Of a stretch of 32,000 nt of DNA, positions 7,542 through 15,786 are shown one piece after another. The stretch is from Gemmata obscuriglobus (GTDB lineage: Bacteria; Planctomycetota; Planctomycetia; Gemmatales; Gemmataceae). The translations under genes and the position numbers were made by a program. Each line of letters starts with the position of its first letter. Position 1 is the first letter of the stretch. The notes beneath the pieces were generated by a model, which worked only from the letters and a program-made list of their open reading frames with translations, made no database searches and was not told the DNA's origin. The stretch is from assembly GCF_008065095.1 (NCBI RefSeq), contig NZ_CP042911.1:2340001-2372000 (forward strand), in the 5' to 3' direction.

Positions 7542-8552
7542 CTAACCGGCCTTTCGCGCCGACCCGAGCCGTTCGAGCGCCTCGATCCACAGCCACACCC
7601 CGGCCGCGACGCTGTACCGCGCCCGCACCTCGCGGCGGGCCGTTTCACCCAACCGCTTTCGCAGCGTGGCCGCGCCGGCCAGCGCGCGCACGGCCCCGAT
7701 CCACTCGTCGGTGGTGCTCGCGCAGAAGCCCGTTTCGTTGTCCCGCACGAAGTCGCCCTGCACGCCGACCGGGTTCGCCACCACCGGCAGCCCGGCGGCC
7801 TGGTACTGGAGCACCTTCAGCGCGCACTTGCCGCGGCTCCACGGGTCGTCCGGAACCCACCCAATGCCGATGTCCGCGGCGGCGATCTCTTCCGCCTCGC
7901 GCGGCTCCGACCACACGCACCGCTCGACCGGCAGCGGCGGGAACTCCGTGAACCGGTCGCAGATGAGCTTGAGCCGCACACCGGGAACGGCCCGACCGAT
8001 CGCGCTGAGCGTGGGCGCGAACCGCTCCAGGCCCTTCAGCGTGCTCGACGACCCGACCCACACGAGTTTGATGGCACCGGTCGCGCTGTGCTCTGCGACC
8101 GGGTACCGGTCCAGGTCCACGCACGTCGGGATCACGGTGACGCGATCGGCCGGGACGTACTTCTGGGCTTCCTCGGCGAGAAACCGGTTACCGGCGATGA
8201 CGAGGTCACAGGCTTCGACGGTGGCGCGGAACCGGGTGGCCCGCTTGGGGTCGTCGAAGCCCTTCGCGGAGTACGAGTCGCGGAGGTAGACGGCGTCGTC
8301 GAAGTCGAACAGGAGCCGCCGGACGCGGTGGCGCAGGAGTGTGACGGCCCAGCGCGGGAGCAGCTTGCGCTGGAGAACGGCGGCGTCGTATGAGGTGAGA
8401 TCGCGGCCCAGCGCGAGGCGCCCGGCCAGCGATTGCGGCAGCTCGCGGAACTCGAGGGAGTGGCCGGCATCGGCGAGCGCGCGGCGGAACGCGGTGAGCC
8501 GGTACCGGCAGCACACGTGTGACTCGGACTCCACCAGCGCAACCAGCCGCAC
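7542..8552 (-). CDS. Glycosyltransferase, GT4 (family 1 fold), probable LPS-core glycosyltransferase
   Basis: 336 aa. GTG start preceded by AAGGAGG at 5-nt spacing. The C-terminal half carries the GT-B signature: KLVWVGSSSTLKGL, the E-x7-E-like region, KVLQYQAAGLPVVANPVGVQGDFVRDNETGF. Confidence 0.85.
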   Translation of the reverse strand: MRLVALVESESHVCCRYRLTAFRRALADAGHSLEFRELPQSLAGRLALGRDLTSYDAAVLQRKLLPRWAVTLLRHRVRRLLFDFDDAVYLRDSYSAKGFDDPKRATRFRATVEACDLVIAGNRFLAEEAQKYVPADRVTVIPTCVDLDRYPVAEHSATGAIKLVWVGSSSTLKGLERFAPTLSAIGRAVPGVRLKLICDRFTEFPPLPVERCVWSEPREAEEIAAADIGIGWVPDDPWSRGKCALKVLQYQAAGLPVVANPVGVQGDFVRDNETGFCASTTDEWIGAVRALAGAATLRKRLGETARREVRARYSVAAGVWLWIEALERLGSARKAG

Positions 8553-8580
8553 CGCGACCCTCCTTGGTCTGCGTACGTCG

Positions 8581-8650
8581 AACGTCGTCGGGTTGAAAGT
8601 CGTAAACGGTCCGTTGTTATTGACTTTACAACTTTCGAACCGACGACGTT
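8581..8650 (-). terminator. Imperfect 26-nt-arm hairpin starting at the smpB stop codon
   Basis: aacgtcgtcgggttgaaagtcgtaaa (8581-8606) pairs with tttacaactttcgaaccgacgacgtt (8625-8650). There are 3 mismatches and an 18-nt AT-rich loop. No U-tract. Confidence 0.4.
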
Positions 8651-9152
8651 ATGACTTTCTGCCCCGCCGCGACGCGAGCGCCCGATCGATGTCGCGTTTC
8701 GCGTCGGCGGTCTTCATCGACTGCCGCTTATCGTGGGTCTGCTTGCCCTTCGCCACCGCGATCTCCACCTTCGCCTTGCCGTCCCGGAAGTACATCTGAA
8801 GGGGCACGAGCGTCAGCCCCTTGTCGTCCGCTTTGGCCGCGAACTTCGTGATCTCCCGGCGGTGGAGCAGCAACTTCCGCGTGCGCTTCGGCTTGTGGTT
8901 CAGACGGTTCCCGTACAGGTACTCCGGGATCTCTGCCCCGATGAGCCACAGCTCGTCTCCGTCGATGCGGGCGTAGGCGTCCTCAAGGTTTGCGTGCCCG
9001 TCGCGGAGGCTCTTCACCTCGGTGCCGACGAGCACGATACCGCATTCGAGCCGGTCCGAGATTTCGTACTCGTGGAGCGCGCGCCGGTTCCGGCAAATGT
9101 TGACCGTGCCGTCCGCCGCCTCCTTCTTGTCTTTCTTGCCCGACTTCGCCAT
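8649..9152 (-). CDS. smpB: SsrA-binding protein (trans-translation factor)
   Basis: From ATG (complement of 9150-9152): MAKSGKK..NRRALHEYEISDRLECGIVLVGTEVKSLRDGHANLEDAYARIDGDELWLIGAEIPEY..HKPKRTRKLLLHRREI..GLTLVPLQMYFRDGKAKVEIAVAKGKQTHDKR. This is the canonical SmpB sequence throughout. Confidence 0.92.
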   Translation of the reverse strand: MAKSGKKDKKEAADGTVNICRNRRALHEYEISDRLECGIVLVGTEVKSLRDGHANLEDAYARIDGDELWLIGAEIPEYLYGNRLNHKPKRTRKLLLHRREITKFAAKADDKGLTLVPLQMYFRDGKAKVEIAVAKGKQTHDKRQSMKTADAKRDIDRALASRRGRKS

Positions 9153-9224
9153 GATGTCCGTCTCAATGCGGTATCGCCCGGGGTATTCTACCGTTGCGCA
9201 CCCACAGTTCGTAGGCCGATTTCC

Positions 9225-9581
9225 GTGACCCGGTTCGTCGTCCTCACCCACGATTGGCCCGAGCCGCACTTCGACCTGCTCGTTGAAGAGGCCGGCCGGC
9301 TCCGGGCGTGGCGGTTGTTGTGCGAACCGCAGGCCGGGTGCGATGTTCCGGCCGCGCCGAACTTCCCGCACCGGCTCGTGTACCTCGAATACGAGGGGCC
9401 GCTTTCAGGCGGTCGCGGGAGCGTATCGCGATGGGATGTTGGGACTTGCGTCTGGGAGGCGGACGAGCCACACCGCGTCCAGCTCTCGATTTTGGGAACC
9501 CGGTTGAGCGGCCGGGCCGTGATCGCTCGGCGCGGGGACACGTGGTTCTTTCGGCTCACGGGAGCTGGGCAACCGGGTTGA
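9225..9581 (+). CDS. Small LigD-N (3'-phosphoesterase-like) domain protein
   Basis: GTG at 9225 is in frame with the 3' part of track ORF 8733..9581. The product is (M)TRFVVLTHDWPEPHFDLLVE..LRAWRL..PHRLVYLEYEGPLSGGRGSVSRWDVGTCVW. It parallels the LigD phosphoesterase pattern RFVVQxHDAxxLHYDFRLE..LKSWAV..DHPLxYxxFEG..G.YGxGxVxxWDxG. The start codon is inferred. Confidence 0.55.
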   Translation: MTRFVVLTHDWPEPHFDLLVEEAGRLRAWRLLCEPQAGCDVPAAPNFPHRLVYLEYEGPLSGGRGSVSRWDVGTCVWEADEPHRVQLSILGTRLSGRAVIARRGDTWFFRLTGAGQPG

Positions 9582-10281
9582 CCCCTGCCGGCACCGCCGG
9601 TGCCGTCTCGAGGAACGAACGCCCCGCGATCGCCAGTTTGCCGTCCTTGACTTCGAGCGTGAGAATCTGAGACGTGGGCCGCGGTTGCTTCGCGAAGAAC
9701 TTGAACACCCCCACCGGGTTGCTCTTGTTGCGGTACCACGTGACGCTCATGCTGGATTCACGGGCCACGTCGCCGATGCGGTCGAGGATGGACTGCGAGC
9801 CGAACGGTATCGCGCCGGCTTTCAGGTCGCACACCTCGACGGCCGCAACGTTCACCTGATCCGCCACCAGCCAGATTTTCGCTTCCAGCCAGATGACCCC
9901 GCTCCAGAACCCTTCGCGGTAACGCAAGCCGATTTTGAGGCGGTCACCGTCAATAGCGATGCGCGGGGAGTGGAAGCCCTTCGGGAGCAACTCGCACAAC
10001 CCGTCCTTCGCCCCCATGTTCTCGGCGAAGAAACAGTTCAGTTCCTCCGCGGTGAACGTGTCGCCCCAGGTCTCTTTGGCCCGGATGTCGTTCTGAAGGT
10101 CGAGGACGCGGGTGAGGAGCTTCGCGGCCTTTTCGTGCGAGTCGTAATCGATCGGCCGGCTGGCGGCGGCGGTGTAGAAGGCCGGGTCTCGCTTTGCGGC
10201 GAATAGGAGGGCGCTGGTCGCCAGGGCCGCGAACGCGGCCAGCATTGCCAGCGCCAGGAACATCGGCCGACGACGCCTCAT
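9556..10281 (-). CDS. Hypothetical N-terminally membrane-anchored protein
   Basis: 241 aa. The ATG is preceded by GGAGGG at 7-nt spacing. MRRRRPMFLALAMLAAFAALATSALLFAA forms an N-terminal TM anchor, followed by a globular domain I do not recognise. Its 3' end overlaps the convergent 9225-9581 gene by 26 nt. Confidence 0.7.
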   Translation of the reverse strand: MRRRRPMFLALAMLAAFAALATSALLFAAKRDPAFYTAAASRPIDYDSHEKAAKLLTRVLDLQNDIRAKETWGDTFTAEELNCFFAENMGAKDGLCELLPKGFHSPRIAIDGDRLKIGLRYREGFWSGVIWLEAKIWLVADQVNVAAVEVCDLKAGAIPFGSQSILDRIGDVARESSMSVTWYRNKSNPVGVFKFFAKQPRPTSQILTLEVKDGKLAIAGRSFLETAPAVPAGVNPVAQLP

Positions 10282-10473
10282 TACTGATCCCTCCGGGCAG
10301 CGGGATACACGGGACGCGGAAACTGGTCAACTCCGACCGTCGGGCGCGGTTGCGCCGCGCCCGCCCGGTTGTGCGGGGGCGTAAAGGAAAATGGGAACTT
10401 GGCAAACGCCGATGTCCTGCGTTACGTTGGGGATGTGACAGTCAAGTCGTGCTTGAGTATGAAGGGGCCGAAC

Positions 10474-11796
10474 ATGACGCGCTTCCGGTACTGCCGCGAG
10501 CTTGGTGCGGGGGTGGTGGCTCTCGGGATGCTCGCCCCGCCTTCGGCCGCCCAACCGACTCCACCACCGGGGCCGCTCGAATCCAAACTCGCCGAGCAGA
10601 AAGCGAAAGCGAACGAGCAGAACGCTGAGCGCAACCTTGCCGAAGCGTTCAAGTTCGCGGACGCCCAGTTGCGGCTCGGACTGCGCTCAAAGGCCACGGA
10701 GACCTTGAAGAAGGCCAAACAAGACATCCCGTCCGTCGGAATCACAGAGGCGACTCGAACCTATCTCACGAGCCGCGTCGATGCCAAACTCGATGAGCTC
10801 GAAGGCCGGCGTCCGGTGGTAACGAATCCCTCCACGGGCGTTAAACTCGACCCGAAGAGCCCCGAAGTTATTGCGGCCCAGAAGGCGGCCGCGGAAAAGG
10901 CCGCGCTCGAGTACAAGGACGTGGTTGAGGGGCTGAAGTCGATTCAGCGGGCCAACGATTCCAAAGAGACGGCCGTTGCCAGCGCCGAGATCGCGCGGCT
11001 CACGAAACTGTACCCGACCAACCCGTCCGTGCAGGCGCTGGGGTACACCGGGAGCATCGCCACCCGGCTCGAAGAGGCCATCGCGATTCAGGTGCAGATG
11101 CGTGCCCGGTGGGTCAAGAGCCAGCAGGATCTGACCCGGTCTGCGACGCCGGCGATCATGGATGTGGAGTTTCCGCCCGACTGGGTGGAGAAGTCCAATC
11201 GCCGGCTGAAGCCGGTCGAAATGACCGCCAAAGAGAAGAAGATAATTGAGGCACTGGAGAAGCCGGTCAGCGTGAACTTCCGTGACCGCCCCTTCGAGGA
11301 AGCGCTGCAAGACCTGTCGAACATGCTCGACCAACCGCTGCTGCTCGACAAGCAGTCCCTGCAAGACCTGGAAACGGACCTGAAGAAGGGGGCAACCCTC
11401 GAAGCCAAGGGGCTCGCGGGCCGCACCGTGCTGCGGTCGATACTCGCGGCTCAGGGGCTCACGTTCGTGGTGAAGGACGAGACGATTCAGATCGTCACCG
11501 TCGAACGCGCTCGCAACCTGCTGACCACGCGCGTGTACTACATCGGCGACCTGACCCTGGGTAAGGGGCCGTTCAGCGGTCCGCAGTGGGGGCCGGCGTT
11601 GAACGCGGAACAAGCGGCCCTGAACGCGCAGAACATCACCTCCATGGTTACGGGGTCGATCGATCCGTTGTCGTGGCGCGCCAACGGCAGCGGTCCGGGG
11701 ACAGTAACGTACCACGCTCCGAGTGCCGCGATCATCGTGCGGGCGTCGGCGGAAGTTCACTTCGCTCTCCAGAAGAGCTACGGCCCCGGACGGTAA
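10474..11796 (+). CDS. Secreted protein with a coiled/helical N-region and a secretin/TonB-N-terminal (STN)-like domain
   Basis: ATG at 10474 lies after GAAGGGG. Signal peptide MTRFRYCRELGAGVVALGMLAPPSAAQ. The C-terminal half, VSVNFRDRPFEEALQDLSNMLDQPLLLDKQSL..ATLEAKGLAGRTVLRSILAAQGLTFVVKDETIQIVTVERA..RVYYIGDL, matches the STN-like module common in planctomycete envelope proteins. The start could instead be 10459. Confidence 0.7.
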   Translation: MTRFRYCRELGAGVVALGMLAPPSAAQPTPPPGPLESKLAEQKAKANEQNAERNLAEAFKFADAQLRLGLRSKATETLKKAKQDIPSVGITEATRTYLTSRVDAKLDELEGRRPVVTNPSTGVKLDPKSPEVIAAQKAAAEKAALEYKDVVEGLKSIQRANDSKETAVASAEIARLTKLYPTNPSVQALGYTGSIATRLEEAIAIQVQMRARWVKSQQDLTRSATPAIMDVEFPPDWVEKSNRRLKPVEMTAKEKKIIEALEKPVSVNFRDRPFEEALQDLSNMLDQPLLLDKQSLQDLETDLKKGATLEAKGLAGRTVLRSILAAQGLTFVVKDETIQIVTVERARNLLTTRVYYIGDLTLGKGPFSGPQWGPALNAEQAALNAQNITSMVTGSIDPLSWRANGSGPGTVTYHAPSAAIIVRASAEVHFALQKSYGPGR

Positions 11797-11822
11797 GGCA
11801 CGTTCCGTGCTGAAGAGTTAGC

Positions 11823-11877
11823 AACGTCAGCGGCGGTCCGATGGGTGGGACACACCCGTCGGACCGCCGCTGACGTT
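11823..11877. terminator. 25-bp-stem hairpin in a convergent intergenic region
   Basis: aacgtcagcggcggtccgatgggtg / ggaca / cacccgtcggaccgccgctgacgtt, with a single G-U-compatible mismatch. It lies 27 nt past the stop of the 10474-11796 gene. Confidence 0.5.
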
Positions 11878-12007
11878 AAACAGTTATCAGTTAACCAGAC
11901 GCGCATCCCCGTGAGCGGACCGCTTTCACTCGGTGGTCTGAACCGACTGTAAGAACATCACCCGTAGCACACCTCAGCAGGCGGTCGTGGTTGTGCTGTG
12001 CGTTTTG

Positions 12008-12067
12008 ACGAGCCGCGATCGCCAGGGAGCGGGATACGTACCCCACTCCCTGGCGGTCGCGGCTCGT
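12008..12067 (-). terminator. 22-bp-stem hairpin just downstream of the ECF-WD40 gene stop
   Basis: acgagccgcgatcgccagggag / 16-nt loop / ctccctggcggtcgcggctcgt, one mismatch. It lies 34 nt beyond the stop at 12101. Confidence 0.5.
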
Positions 12068-12100
12068 TTCCGAACGTTACAAACATCCTTCGTGGCACCC

Positions 12101-15100
12101 TCAACGCAGCTTCGATTCGTTGATCCGATTCACCGCCGCGGATGCTGCGTCTGATAGTACCGTTCCGGGTGCGTCGGCCGCCCACCGTTTGAGCAGTTCG
12201 ACCGCCGCAGGGGTTCCGGCCAGTTCCATCGCCACCACCGCCCGGCGGCGGCGCCAGCTTTCGGGCGAGGTCGCTCCCTCGGTCCAACTCCGGATCAGAA
12301 CGTCCAACCGGGTCCGGACCTCGGGCGATTCCGCGCCCGGGCGGGCGGTTCGGGCGAGGGCCAGCGCGGGCGGGCCGAATCGGGTCAGTTCCGCCTCGGC
12401 GGCCTCTCGGGTTTTGAAGTCTTCATCAGCCAACTGCCCGACCAGTTTCTTGAACCGCTCGGGGTCGGGCTTTCGGGGCGAGGGGAGCTTCTCGCCGAAC
12501 ACCGCCGGCGCCTTCGGGTCCGCCGCCGCGAGCCACACTGCCCGGAACGCATCCGCTGGTTCGCCGAGCAGGTCGTCCCATAACTGCGCCGTCGTTCGGG
12601 GCGCCCCCGGAGCGGGCGCCGGGCGCACGTCCCAGACGTAGCCGGTCAGGTCCATAGAAGACGACAGAACGGTGCGCCCGTCCGGCGCAAAATCGACCGA
12701 GTACGCCCGGCTGGTGTGCCCCTCGAACCGGCGGAGCAGGGTGCCGGTGGCCACGTCCCAGATCGCCACGGTCCGGTCGCCCGCGGTCGCCAGCCAGATG
12801 CCCCCGGGACCGAACGACGCACCCCAGGCGACGTGCCCCTGCGTGTGCGCCTGCCACTGCTTCTGAACCTCGCCGGTGGCCGGGTTACACAGGTAGACAA
12901 GACCCTGGTGGCCAACCGTCGCCAGAACGCGACCGTCCGGCGAAACGGCGATGTCGTTCACGGTGTCCTGAGCCGGCGCCGATGCCCGCGATTTGCCGGT
13001 CGCCGCGTCCATCAGGTGGAGCTTGCCGTCCCGAGATCCCACGGCGAGCGTTCGGCCGTCGCTGTGGAACGCCACGGCTCCGTACTTCGCCTCGGCCCAG
13101 AGACGCTTGCCGGTTGCCGAGTCGAACGCGACGGTCCCGAACGGCTCGCACGAGCTGACGACCACGCGGCTGTTCGGCGCAAACTTCAGGCCCGAGAACC
13201 AAACCGGTTGCTCCTTTGGAGACGGGGCGATTTCGATTTCTCGTGCGAGGAGACCGCTCTCAATCTCCCAGATTCGGATCTTGGCGTCCTTGTGGGCCGT
13301 GGCGACGCTCTTTCCGTCCGGTGCGAACGCCAACCGGCTGGCCGGCGGCCCCGCTGATTGAAGGGTTCGGACCAACTGCCCGGTCGCTGCGTCGAGCAAC
13401 TCGACACGCCCGCTGCCGTCGGCTGCGACGATCCACTTTCCGTCGCGAGAGCGATCCAGTCGCAGGTGCCCCGAATACCTGCCCGGATCACGAAGCGGTT
13501 TGCCCGTAGCCAGATCGCAACGACAGACCCGGTGATCCCAGCTCGTTGAGACCAGTGTTCGTCCCTCGTCGATGAAGGCAAGGCCGGTGACCCAGTCCGC
13601 GTGCTCTCGGATCGGCGTGAGCGATTTCCCGGTGCCGATGTCGAACCGGTGGATAACGCCCCGTTGCGTCCCCACCAGCAGCGTCTTGCGGTCGGGGGTG
13701 ATCGCCAGGACTGTGATCGCGGGAAGCTCTTTATCCTTGCTGGTCACGACGACGTTGTTGAGTACTTGACCGGTTGCCACGTCCCACACCCGTATGCGAC
13801 CTTCTGAACCGTCCGCTGCGGCCAGCGTTGTGCCCATCGGGTCGAGCCCGATCGCCTCGGGCGGGGCCGTGTGCTCGAACTGTCGTGCTTGTTTACCGTC
13901 CGAGTCGTAGGCCGTGATCGTGTTATTCGAGACTTCGTACAAGCGCAGCCCGTTCGGCGACGGCGACGCCGCCTCCGCGGCGAATCCCAACGATCGAATT
14001 TCTTTTCCCGTGGGCGGATCGATCAGAACCGTGCTTTTTTGACGCACCGCGACCAGATGCGCGGAGCCGGTCGGAAACCACAGCCGGGTGTAGCCGTAGT
14101 CGAAGGGCTGGTTCGGGCCGCGGGGCGCGGGCGGTGGCTTGAAGGTGACGAGTCGTTTGCCGCTGTTCGGGTCTAACCCGACGATCGACCCGGTCGCCGC
14201 AATCGCTACTGCGCCAGGGGCGTGGAGGGCATAAAGAGTCTTGCCGTCAGGGGCAAATGCGAGCAACGAGCCGTTCGCCTGAAACCCGTTTGGCCCCTCC
14301 GAATTGCCGATCCAGAGGGTTCGGCGGCCGGTGGCGAGGTCGAGAAGCGTTAGGCCGGATTCGGACGTGGTGGCAATGGTCTTTCCGTCGGGTGACAGGG
14401 CGGCGTTGTTGGTGCCCGCGCCGTCCCGATAGCGTAGCGTGCCGATTCGTAGTATCGCGCCGGCCGGCAGTGCGTCTCCCTGTGCGTCCGCGCTGGCCGT
14501 CGGGTTGGCACCTGGTTCGCGGTCTTTCGGTGCCGGGATGCCCGGCGTGGGCGGGTCCGCCGACACGCTGGCCCCAAGGGCCAGTGCGGCCGCCACAACG
14601 GCCGCGATCGCACACGCGACGGCGCCGACCTTCGCGACCGGCCCGCTCGCGATCGGTCCCCGCGCAAGTGAGGCGACGGCCGCAGGCGGGGGACCGAACG
14701 TCGCCGCCAGGATCGCCGCGCACATCTGTGGGGGGACCGCGCCGGCCGGGTGTGTGGCTGCGACGGCCAGAAGCACGCCGCTCAGAGCCACCCCGCGCCG
14801 GGTCAAGGCGGTGCGAAGTCGTGCGCGGCCGCGTTCGAGCCGGATCTTGACGGTAGCGTTCGGGACACCAAGCCGGGCCGCGATCTCGTCGCGGGTCAAC
14901 TCCTCCAGGTGGTACAGCACGAGCGGCTCACGATACAGCGGCGGGAGCCGTTCCAGCTCTTCGTCCAGCGCCAGCAGGAATTCCCGGGCGCTGAGTTGGT
15001 CGAGCGCCGGGACCGCCTCCGGGACGGCAACGCGGCGCTCCCGGCGGGTCCGCCGCTCGGCCGCCCTCCGGGCGTCCCTCGCGACTCGGCGGGCGGTGAC

Positions 15101-15361
15101 GAAGAGCCAGTCCGCGACCGACTCGTGCCACCGCTCGGCCGCCCGCCGGGCCAGAACCAGGAACGTCGCCTGGCATGCGTCCTCGGCGTCCTGCGCGGTC
15201 GGCAGCGCGCGCCGGCAAACCCGGAATACCATGCCCGCGTGCCGGCGGACCAACGCGGCGAAGGCGTCCTGGGTCCCTTCGGTCGCGAACCGGTGGAGGA
15301 GTTGCCGGTCCGTGTCGACTGCCCGCGGTATGAGAATGAGCCGGTTCGCAATGCGTGGCAT
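12101..15361 (-). CDS. ECF (group IV) sigma-70 factor fused to TM segment(s) and a multi-blade WD40 beta-propeller region
   Basis: The ATG (complement of 15359-15361) is preceded by GGGAGG at 7 nt. Sigma region 2: FAALVRRHAGMVFRVCRR..DAEDACQATFLVLARR. Region 4: LPPLYREPLVLYHLEELTRDEIAARLGVPNATVKIRLERGRARLR. Hydrophobic segments follow (GVALSGVLLAVAA, VGAVACAIAAVVAAALALGA). Then about 650 aa of repeated WD40-like blades (..TASxDGTIRVWD-type: RIRVWDVATGQ, KIRIWEIESG, RTVAIWDVATGT, GYVWDV) and a helical C-terminal domain. Confidence 0.9.
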   Translation of the reverse strand: MPRIANRLILIPRAVDTDRQLLHRFATEGTQDAFAALVRRHAGMVFRVCRRALPTAQDAEDACQATFLVLARRAAERWHESVADWLFVTARRVARDARRAAERRTRRERRVAVPEAVPALDQLSAREFLLALDEELERLPPLYREPLVLYHLEELTRDEIAARLGVPNATVKIRLERGRARLRTALTRRGVALSGVLLAVAATHPAGAVPPQMCAAILAATFGPPPAAVASLARGPIASGPVAKVGAVACAIAAVVAAALALGASVSADPPTPGIPAPKDREPGANPTASADAQGDALPAGAILRIGTLRYRDGAGTNNAALSPDGKTIATTSESGLTLLDLATGRRTLWIGNSEGPNGFQANGSLLAFAPDGKTLYALHAPGAVAIAATGSIVGLDPNSGKRLVTFKPPPAPRGPNQPFDYGYTRLWFPTGSAHLVAVRQKSTVLIDPPTGKEIRSLGFAAEAASPSPNGLRLYEVSNNTITAYDSDGKQARQFEHTAPPEAIGLDPMGTTLAAADGSEGRIRVWDVATGQVLNNVVVTSKDKELPAITVLAITPDRKTLLVGTQRGVIHRFDIGTGKSLTPIREHADWVTGLAFIDEGRTLVSTSWDHRVCRCDLATGKPLRDPGRYSGHLRLDRSRDGKWIVAADGSGRVELLDAATGQLVRTLQSAGPPASRLAFAPDGKSVATAHKDAKIRIWEIESGLLAREIEIAPSPKEQPVWFSGLKFAPNSRVVVSSCEPFGTVAFDSATGKRLWAEAKYGAVAFHSDGRTLAVGSRDGKLHLMDAATGKSRASAPAQDTVNDIAVSPDGRVLATVGHQGLVYLCNPATGEVQKQWQAHTQGHVAWGASFGPGGIWLATAGDRTVAIWDVATGTLLRRFEGHTSRAYSVDFAPDGRTVLSSSMDLTGYVWDVRPAPAPGAPRTTAQLWDDLLGEPADAFRAVWLAAADPKAPAVFGEKLPSPRKPDPERFKKLVGQLADEDFKTREAAEAELTRFGPPALALARTARPGAESPEVRTRLDVLIRSWTEGATSPESWRRRRAVVAMELAGTPAAVELLKRWAADAPGTVLSDAASAAVNRINESKLR

Positions 15362-15624
15362 TGCTGCGCCTCCCGTTTTCGGATCTTGCGTCCGTGACAC
15401 CCTTGTACCCGAGTTATGGCCGCCGCGGAACGAGTGGCCTCACCGGGCCGGAGAAATGGCAAAACGGTAACGCGAAGCGGAGCCGTAAGATGAAGATCGG
15501 AGAGCTGTTAGATTTGGCCGGGGCGCGTGGACGGATGCAGTCGCGTGACGTTCTAGCAGCCGCGGAAGGGAGGTGCTGGGGTACGACCGGGCAAAAGAGG
15601 TGAAATCGGAACACGCTCAGGTTA

Positions 15625-15690
15625 CACCCGCCTGCTGACGCAGGCGGTTCGACCGGGGCTTGTCGAACCGCCTGCGTCAGCAGGCGGGTG
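15625..15690. repeat. Perfect 29-bp inverted repeat (8-nt loop) whose arms are themselves palindromic; candidate terminator of the upstream aminotransferase-like gene
   Basis: cacccgcctgctgacgcaggcggttcgac / cggggctt / gtcgaaccgcctgcgtcagcaggcgggtg. Inside each arm, ccgcctgc-tgac-gcaggcgg can fold on its own. It lies between the stop at 15787 and the sigma start at 15361. Confidence 0.8.
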
Positions 15691-15786
15691 GCGCACAACC
15701 AATGACCTCGCAACGACTGGATTCGAGACGACGGGGTTCTCAATACTGGTTGCGCAACGCGCCCGCTCGCCCGACCGGCACGGAAC

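Noticed and set aside
5786-7648. 620-aa minus-strand ORF overlapping the LPS kinase gene in another frame
   Set aside because: Its composition is extremely Arg/Pro/Gly-rich and it has no motifs. The 5809..7533 frame carries two complete kinase signatures and is tightly coupled to the upstream GT gene.
8553-9224. Looked for an ssrA (tmRNA) gene next to smpB
   Set aside because: The flanking spacers are only 96 and 72 nt. They contain no tRNA-Ala-like acceptor/T-arm or tag reading frame.
10687-11760. 357-aa minus-strand ORF opposite the STN-like secreted protein
   Set aside because: It is a shadow ORF. The plus-strand frame has a signal peptide and a recognisable domain, and the minus-strand frame has neither.
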